Origin: a virus
Lineage: Duplodnaviria > Caudoviricetes
Length of the DNA: 64,000 nucleotides
Direction: 5' to 3' (one strand)
IMG/VR virus record: IMGVR_UViG_3300014205_000188
Coordinates: 32,001-96,000 of that record
This document shows positions 57,561 through 64,000 of the stretch, piece by piece. Both the position numbers and the translations under genes were made by a program. The notes beneath the pieces were generated by a model. It did no database searches. It saw nothing but the letters and a program-made list of their open reading frames with translations, and was not told the DNA's origin. Positions within the stretch are counted from its first letter, which is position 1. Each line of letters starts with the position of its first letter.

Positions 57561-60500
57561 ATGGCCGAGAAAGATCGCACCAAGTACTTTGTAGAGTTGG
57601 GCTCCGTCCCCTCGGCCGTACCCTCCCCCAACACGGTGTCCCGAACACTTGGTGTAGGCGAGAGGGCCCTACAGGCCGTGACTTGGCAATCGGGTCGAGC
57701 GGTTCTGGATGCGGAGCTAAACCAGGGTCAAGATATTGCGGGATGGGAGTCTGCCCAATACCGGAAGTGGCAGACTCCTTCCGGCTGGTTGCGTGGTACA
57801 TCCCACTATGGGGTCCTCAACGACTACACTTTGGCTGTGGCTCCAGTCGGGGTTTCGGATGACGGGGGCTCGGCCATTCTGCCCGACTTGACCATGATCA
57901 ACAGTTTTCTGTTGCCCCGCTTGGAAGCTGTGATCGCTGGGCATCACGTTGTGGTGGAGTTCACCAACACCAGTACCCCTGGTTACAATCTGGTGACCCT
58001 GTCTCCCCCCACGGTCTATGATGGAACAGCCGGGACTGTCAAAAGGACAGACTTTGTGTTCCTTGAGATGTGGCTGGCCTTGGTGGCCCCCTCGCCCCCA
58101 GCCACTGGCACTATTACGGTGGTGGACGCCAACTCTTTGACCCCAGGTGATGTGATCCTGATTGCTGGCATCCCTTTGACTGCTTCCCCTGTACCGGGCG
58201 CTGGTCTTTTTGAGATAGTGGCCGGGGACAATGCTGCTACGGCACTTAATATCAGCCAAGCCCTTGATCTTCTATACTCCGGTCTGGTCTCTTCTCGCTG
58301 GGTGGGCGATACGGTGGCCGTTGTGAGTTCCCTTCCAGGATCGGCTGGAAATGCCACAACACTTTCAGTTGTCAACACTATCGTGGGTGCCTTGGAAGTC
58401 TCGGGGGCCTTTTTGACTGGGGGCGAGGATCGTTACTCCAAGCCGCCTGATCAGACCTCCTTGTACCGGCATGGGAATGTTTTGTCCCCCGCGGGGGCTT
58501 GGTTGCCTGACGACATGTTGGACCCCATCACACTGGTGGAGTCTGCTCAACGTGTCCAGTTGCAGTATCGGATCCGAACCACGGATGACACTGAGGGTGT
58601 GAACTACAAGAAGCACCCAGATGGTTTCTCCACTTTAGGGATCTATGCCCAAGCAGGAACCCTTGCCCCTGTGGCGGCTTATCCCTTTGTGCCTGCGGAC
58701 AAGGTCACCATTTGGTTGAATTCCTCTGCCGAGGCTTACGGGGCAGAAGACTCTGGTTTGTGGGTTGCTGGTAACGGTTCTGGGGCTTCGGCCAGTGACC
58801 TAGGGGCCTTAGACGGTTTCGTCTATGCCTTGCCACTTTGTTTCGTGCATCGTCACAATGATGTCTCGAGTGCTGACCCTGGTTTTTTGGGTTTCGATCC
58901 TGTCTCTAATGCCAATGGTGCCCCCAGCTACACCCACTTGGGTTATACGGGTACTCTGGGTGTGATCCCAGCAGGGTCCTCAGATCGTCCTGATGGCCAC
59001 TTCTGCGACGTGATTGAGGCGACCAGGATTCTGGACCTTCGCAGGCATGTCAATCCCACCGGGATCGACTCAGGATCAGAGTTGCAATACCAGATCCAGT
59101 CTTTGCTGGACGGTGCCAATTTGACATGGTCTGTGGACACGGCATCCAAACAAGACCTTGGAGGATCATCCGGCGACGTTTCCACCCAGTATCTGATCTG
59201 CAATGAGATGGGACGTATTTCTGCCCTGGGTGGTAATGATGTTACATCTGGTACAACAGGGCGTGGGGTTTTCACTCGAAACTTCGACCACATTGCTCGT
59301 CGCTTTGGTTCTCAGGCTGTTGTGGAAAGGGTCGTCTTCTCGTACTATCCCGGGGATCGTTTTGTAGGAGCGGTGCTTCCAGGTTTGACTGATCAAGGGA
59401 AATTTGTAGAAAAAGTGTTAGGCTCGACCGCCAATGAATGGGTTGAGGATGACAAGCTGCATCTGGACTTGGCAAACTTTGATGCCTCTACTTTGGGGTG
59501 CCTTTTTCAAGGTGCCGATGGGGGAGGTGGCTCATACACTCCCGGTTGGACACCCTCTGTGGCTGTTTTTGCTCCGAGGGGGACGGTGATCACTGATGTG
59601 CTCAGTGTCTACCATGATGATGGCTTGTACACTGCTAGTGTAGCCCAAGAGGTACAGATCAAACAGATTGTGGGTTTGGGAACAACGCACCTTGAGGTTA
59701 CTCTGGATGCTAATCCCACTGAGGTCTCTAACGGGTTACCCGTAGGTGGGCTCAACCCTTTGCATGCCATGGTTGAAACTTTAGCTCTGGGTGGTTCTCA
59801 GAGACGGATTTTTCTTGAGGTTGAGATCACGTATCCATTGGGGGCAGGTTTGACGGACACCCCTGATCTCCTCCTGACCCCAGATGCACTCGTTTACGAT
59901 GGGTCCAAGACTACGGGTGAGGCTCCAGGTCCTGGACCTGTGCTTGAGAATGATGCTGCTCAAAGACCTAATGACTTTGAGCAGTTGATTGCTCCCGCCT
60001 TCCGTAACAGGTTTAGGGAGGTGATGTTGGAGTACGTGCCCAACAACACTTCGGGTTTGGCTCTGATCGATCAACAACCAGGAGTTCCCGTTTCGGACAC
60101 TCTGGTCAGTCGGGATACGCAGTCCCTTGTGTTCCCTCGTAGGGTTTTTGGAAACTTTGCACTACTGCCCACCGTGTTAGACAATGAAACCATGGCTTTA
60201 GCCCATGTGGAGCCCGTCACCACTGAGTTCGGTAGCAGTTCTCGGTTGGTCACACTCTTAGACCCTTTGTCGGGAGCGGGGCACACTCAATGCAACATCA
60301 CTTATTTCTCTCAGGACCCCATTCCCAATTATGGGGCCCTCGGCGGCGGCTACCAGTTGAGTGTCTACTACCGTTCCACAGCGCCTCAGACGGCAGGAAC
60401 GAAAGAGGGAAACATTCTGTCCTCTGGTGATGGGGTTCTTCCTACAATTCTGATGTTGGAACCCATGTTGATGGGTCCCTCCGTTTGGAGCGGTCAGGTC

Positions 60501-61061
60501 AGTTCCGGTTCTCAAGAGATGGGCTACCCCTATGAGATGCCCTTAGGATCCATTCCTATCAATGATGAGTTGGCAACACTCGTCAAGGAGTGGTACTTCT
60601 GTGCCACAACGAGCATTGCGGTTGGAGACTTCAATGCCAATACTGGGCTGTTGAATCTTCACCCCTATGTGCCAGCCGATGGTCAAGGTGTTTTGCACCT
60701 GGGAGGGGCCGGTGTTACGGAGCAACCCAGGGTTGACGCTGAGTTTCGGGCCTTCTACCCTTTCACCGCAGATTGGGCCTATCGCCCAACCATCTTGGCC
60801 CAACCTCTTTTGGGTGCCGTCCGTCACAAGGTCCTGTACCCATTCCTTGCTCGGGTGGTGGAAGAGACCCATGCCTCGGATGGTTACGGAATTCTCTTCC
60901 GTAAGAATGAGGTTGTGCTAGTTGTTTTGACTCGCTTTGCTGAGCTGGACGGGGACAACAACATCCTTTTTACGGACACCAATAACACTACCTGTGCCGC
61001 TGTCTACCGCACCAAGAATATGCTGTTGGTTGCCGGGGATAAGTTCGGGCCACTACCCTAA
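57561..61061 (+). CDS. Tail fibre-proximal/baseplate protein with DUF6519/DUF4815-like N-terminus
   Basis: VTWQSGRAVLDAELNQGQD; RTDFVFLEMW; ESAQRVQLQYRIR; GFVYALPLCFVHRHN...RPDGHFCDVI...ILDLR. Confidence 0.65.
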   Translation: MAEKDRTKYFVELGSVPSAVPSPNTVSRTLGVGERALQAVTWQSGRAVLDAELNQGQDIAGWESAQYRKWQTPSGWLRGTSHYGVLNDYTLAVAPVGVSDDGGSAILPDLTMINSFLLPRLEAVIAGHHVVVEFTNTSTPGYNLVTLSPPTVYDGTAGTVKRTDFVFLEMWLALVAPSPPATGTITVVDANSLTPGDVILIAGIPLTASPVPGAGLFEIVAGDNAATALNISQALDLLYSGLVSSRWVGDTVAVVSSLPGSAGNATTLSVVNTIVGALEVSGAFLTGGEDRYSKPPDQTSLYRHGNVLSPAGAWLPDDMLDPITLVESAQRVQLQYRIRTTDDTEGVNYKKHPDGFSTLGIYAQAGTLAPVAAYPFVPADKVTIWLNSSAEAYGAEDSGLWVAGNGSGASASDLGALDGFVYALPLCFVHRHNDVSSADPGFLGFDPVSNANGAPSYTHLGYTGTLGVIPAGSSDRPDGHFCDVIEATRILDLRRHVNPTGIDSGSELQYQIQSLLDGANLTWSVDTASKQDLGGSSGDVSTQYLICNEMGRISALGGNDVTSGTTGRGVFTRNFDHIARRFGSQAVVERVVFSYYPGDRFVGAVLPGLTDQGKFVEKVLGSTANEWVEDDKLHLDLANFDASTLGCLFQGADGGGGSYTPGWTPSVAVFAPRGTVITDVLSVYHDDGLYTASVAQEVQIKQIVGLGTTHLEVTLDANPTEVSNGLPVGGLNPLHAMVETLALGGSQRRIFLEVEITYPLGAGLTDTPDLLLTPDALVYDGSKTTGEAPGPGPVLENDAAQRPNDFEQLIAPAFRNRFREVMLEYVPNNTSGLALIDQQPGVPVSDTLVSRDTQSLVFPRRVFGNFALLPTVLDNETMALAHVEPVTTEFGSSSRLVTLLDPLSGAGHTQCNITYFSQDPIPNYGALGGGYQLSVYYRSTAPQTAGTKEGNILSSGDGVLPTILMLEPMLMGPSVWSGQVSSGSQEMGYPYEMPLGSIPINDELATLVKEWYFCATTSIAVGDFNANTGLLNLHPYVPADGQGVLHLGGAGVTEQPRVDAEFRAFYPFTADWAYRPTILAQPLLGAVRHKVLYPFLARVVEETHASDGYGILFRKNEVVLVVLTRFAELDGDNNILFTDTNNTTCAAVYRTKNMLLVAGDKFGPLP

Positions 61062-61071
61062 GGAGGCTGCT

Positions 61072-64000
61072 ATGCCGAGACCTACAAATCCTGGCTTGCT
61101 GCAAACGGGCCCAGGCAAGATTGACCCCGGCACCAATAATCTGGTTCTTATTGGTGCCGGCATGGCTGGACCACCCCCCAATGTTGGTCTGCCAGGTTTT
61201 ACAACCCTGTCAGGAACCATGTTGGGTTGGCCCTCTGGTTTGACCACAGGCAGTTTGACGGAGCATTTGGAGGACCCTAAGGGTGCTCATCAGGCTTCGG
61301 CTATCAGCATTGATGGAAAGCCCGCACTCTTGTACTCCACCAATGTGGAGGCCGCTATTGACGAGATCATGGGCGCTATTGCTCCTGAGCCCCCCAAGTT
61401 GGGGCAATGGGTAGCTCACATGGCGTCTTTTTTCACGGGCATTCCTGACTGGGGAAGTTTGCGGCTTACGGATGGCCCACCATCCTATCAAGCACCCCCC
61501 GGTGGCAGTGTCACTGGATCCGATGTCTACCCGATTTATTGGACCGCTCCGACACCAACTACTGATCGACGGAGCACGGGTTTGGTGTCCTTGGCTGGGG
61601 AGGACCCCCTTACGGACCCTATCTGGAATCATCACTCCAGTGTACTGGGTACCTTTGGTGGGACCAAGGCGGGGGGTTATACGGATGTGAACACGGGAGA
61701 GGTGGTGCGGACCAGGTTGGTTCCCGCTTACCCCGTGTTCCCATGGGCCACACTAGACGTTGTCCCCTCTTTCTGTCTTTCCGGCTCCCTGTACCCAGCG
61801 GACAAGGGGGTCCTTGCGCTACTCCATTTTCCTGACCCGCAAGCAGGTCTTCTCTTCCTGGATCAAAGTCTGACTGATCGTTGTTGGTCAGCGTTGCTTT
61901 TGGGGCAGGGGCTTGACACCACGAGTTTTGGAACCAGTACCCCAGGGGGCTTGACTTGTGACGGAGGTTCCGGGGGGATCTTCTCTCCAGGGTTGGACTC
62001 ACAGGGTTCGTATGATCCTTTTGCTTTCCCCGGACGTGCCTCTGGTCAGTGGGACTTGAATGAGATCCACACTGGCTTGAGTGTGGTGGACGGAGCACCC
62101 CTACCGGCTCCTTGGACAGCTGGGGCCCAGCGCATCCAGAATGACATCGTTCCAGGCCCCGGGCAAGTGCGCTTGGGCACCGTGGCTGCAGCAGGAGAGG
62201 CTGACCCGACTGGGTATGGCATCCCGATCCTAGGGGCCACCACGGCGGCATACAACCCGCCTTTGCCGGTCGATGCCAACATAGGTGAGGCCCTTCTGGG
62301 CAACGCTGTTGTCACGAGCAGCAACTTTTTTCGTTACCGCCTGCCCTATCTCAGTGACTACTCCCCTCTGACGGGTTTGAAGTACACCCCCTCAGGAGAA
62401 AATCGGAGACTTACTCGAGAGACCGCTCGGTATTTTGATGTAACCTCGACACCATCGAACACCAACAATGCTTGGACCGAACAGGTTGACGGGACTTGGT
62501 TTCTGAAGACCGCGGGTAACTACAGTGGGTTTGACCAGGACTACTGGACTTGGCAGTTAGGTCGATACAGGCAAATTCATTATCTGTCCACGGCGATTGG
62601 GTCCAGTGTCAGAATGGGCACCTTACTGTTGATTCACTTCAAGTCCGAGGGTGACTTTGAGAAGTGCGTTCGGGATGGGATCATGCCCTGGGACGTGGTC
62701 GCTGGTTACCCCGTGTACGGTGTGACTGCCACAGTGGACCCCTTGATTGGGTCTTACAACAATGTGGTGAACCGTGAGGTGGGAGCGGCACCCATCCCCG
62801 CCGCCCCCGACTATGGTTACACAGGGACCCCCTATCATAGTTTGAGATCAGCTCTGTACGTGGCCGATGATACCACAGCACCAACGACGATTGCCGGTCA
62901 TCATTGGTCGCTGGCCTCAGTAGCTCCTGCCTTGGACTACGTTTGCGTGAGTGGGGTTTCCTATGCAATCCCACGCTACAGGGCCACGAACGTGGCCAAC
63001 GTTGCAATTGACTCCCTGTACGCATCTTTTCAAGATGCTTGGCAGGAGGGTTATCGAGTTGACGACGCCGCTCTGTTGAATGGGATGGCCCCGGCACAGG
63101 TGTCCAGCCCTAACCCTGTCTTTATCTCTTGGGCTCATTTTAAGTATGAGGCCACACCCCTGGCGGCTAACTTCCCGGCGGCATTCACATCCTCGTTGGG
63201 TTATCGGGAACAGCGTGTTGAGTTCCCTCTCCCTTACGCTGGGGTGGACGCTGGTAATGCCCTGTACTCAGAGCTGAATGGTCCGGCTGGTGGGGAGTTC
63301 CTGACCGTGTCTACGGAGGGACCCGCTCCATTGCCCGTGGGCAATGTGACTTTTCCAGGGGATAGCCTGTACCCTTCGTTCAGCTCCGACGCTGCCCCTA
63401 GGGTTTTTGTGCGCCGTCCGCACCTTACAAATCCGCTGCAGCCAAGCACAGCAACAGGATGGGGACAGAAACTGGACTATACGGGTCCATTGGAGAAGGT
63501 GCTGTTTCATAGCACCGGCTTCTATCACTCGGCACCAGGAGATGGGGGGGTTTTTGGTAACTTCCTGACCGGCGGAGTGGCATACCCGGTGCTTTTAACC
63601 GCGGAGAAGGATTTCAAGGAGCGTTTCTTGGACGAGGTGTACCGTGTAAAGTCCAATTTCCCTGGTGTGGTAGACCCTGTGGCTCAGGCTCACCTACAGG
63701 GTCCAGGGATGAGTGGTTGGGTTTTTGCTCCCATGCCTGTTCCTGTTCGCATGGGAGACACTGGCTATACGGCTGATGCCACATGGGCCAATTCCTCCTG
63801 GCTCCAACTAGGGGAGCACCACAATAACTTAGCAATCTCCACGGAGTTGCAAGTTGCTGGTCTACCCGATCGAAACCCTCCTCCTGAGAATGGAGTCAAA
63901 GTCCCTTTTCCCTCGGCAGGACTTCTGCAATATCCCAAAACGGACTATACGGCCATCTACTGGCCGACTTCTGCGGACCTACAACCCGGGGATACACAAC
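61072..64000 (+). CDS. Large fibre-like virion protein, 3'-truncated (>970 aa; not in ORF track)
   Basis: AGGAGG SD then ATG 61072 (MPRPTNPGLLQTG...). HLEDPKGAHQASAISI...NVEAAIDEI is a fibre-type motif. The frame was spot-checked as open at several points up to the window end. Confidence 0.75.
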   Translation, partial: MPRPTNPGLLQTGPGKIDPGTNNLVLIGAGMAGPPPNVGLPGFTTLSGTMLGWPSGLTTGSLTEHLEDPKGAHQASAISIDGKPALLYSTNVEAAIDEIMGAIAPEPPKLGQWVAHMASFFTGIPDWGSLRLTDGPPSYQAPPGGSVTGSDVYPIYWTAPTPTTDRRSTGLVSLAGEDPLTDPIWNHHSSVLGTFGGTKAGGYTDVNTGEVVRTRLVPAYPVFPWATLDVVPSFCLSGSLYPADKGVLALLHFPDPQAGLLFLDQSLTDRCWSALLLGQGLDTTSFGTSTPGGLTCDGGSGGIFSPGLDSQGSYDPFAFPGRASGQWDLNEIHTGLSVVDGAPLPAPWTAGAQRIQNDIVPGPGQVRLGTVAAAGEADPTGYGIPILGATTAAYNPPLPVDANIGEALLGNAVVTSSNFFRYRLPYLSDYSPLTGLKYTPSGENRRLTRETARYFDVTSTPSNTNNAWTEQVDGTWFLKTAGNYSGFDQDYWTWQLGRYRQIHYLSTAIGSSVRMGTLLLIHFKSEGDFEKCVRDGIMPWDVVAGYPVYGVTATVDPLIGSYNNVVNREVGAAPIPAAPDYGYTGTPYHSLRSALYVADDTTAPTTIAGHHWSLASVAPALDYVCVSGVSYAIPRYRATNVANVAIDSLYASFQDAWQEGYRVDDAALLNGMAPAQVSSPNPVFISWAHFKYEATPLAANFPAAFTSSLGYREQRVEFPLPYAGVDAGNALYSELNGPAGGEFLTVSTEGPAPLPVGNVTFPGDSLYPSFSSDAAPRVFVRRPHLTNPLQPSTATGWGQKLDYTGPLEKVLFHSTGFYHSAPGDGGVFGNFLTGGVAYPVLLTAEKDFKERFLDEVYRVKSNFPGVVDPVAQAHLQGPGMSGWVFAPMPVPVRMGDTGYTADATWANSSWLQLGEHHNNLAISTELQVAGLPDRNPPPENGVKVPFPSAGLLQYPKTDYTAIYWPTSADLQPGDTQ

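Noticed and set aside
1-64000. Bacterial eCIS/tailocin locus rather than phage
   Set aside because: No Afp15-like AAA+ ATPase, toxin cargo or host housekeeping genes were seen. A long tape measure, chaperones and small phage-like accessory genes favour a large phage. Not fully excluded, because no capsid or terminase lies in the window.
1-64000. Alternative genetic code (stop-codon reassignment)
   Set aside because: Multi-kb ORFs are intact in code 11, and TAG, TGA and TAA all end genes at sensible junctions.
1-64000. CRISPR array, tRNA/rRNA, integrase/transposase, intein, intron or DGR
   Set aside because: No regularly spaced repeats, cloverleaf, reverse transcriptase, recombinase or intein motifs were noticed, and there is little non-coding space. 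This was by eye only.

Overview
This window looks like the contractile-tail morphogenesis region of a large (jumbo-type) myovirus, read in the standard genetic code. The + strand carries, in order: a 5'-truncated tail-terminator-like gene, an FmdB-type Zn-ribbon gene, a 1767-aa tail sheath, tail tube, two tail chaperones, tape measure, two paralogous tube initiators, a 1734-aa baseplate hub with an inserted amidase, a spike, a 3742-aa structural protein, gp25-like and baseplate J/wedge proteins, a collar-fibre protein and two fibre-like proteins. The last is 3'-truncated and absent from the ORF track. Sheath and tube are separated by an ~7.6 kb accessory block, mostly on the - strand. It encodes small secreted/membrane proteins, a tandem paralogue pair, a DUF6745-like protein with an expanded repeat linker plus its His-rich partner, and a candidate RHH regulator. 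Main observations: (1) at least three small modules recur across sheath, gp25, baseplate and fibre proteins; (2) a fixed-spacing motif CG(G/T)T(A/G)-N7-(T/G)AT(A/C) lies in four intergenic gaps before structural genes; (3) the two chaperone ORFs are in frame and separated by one TGA. No capsid, terminase, integrase, tRNA or CRISPR was seen. All family assignments come from motif recognition and gene order by eye, not from database searches.
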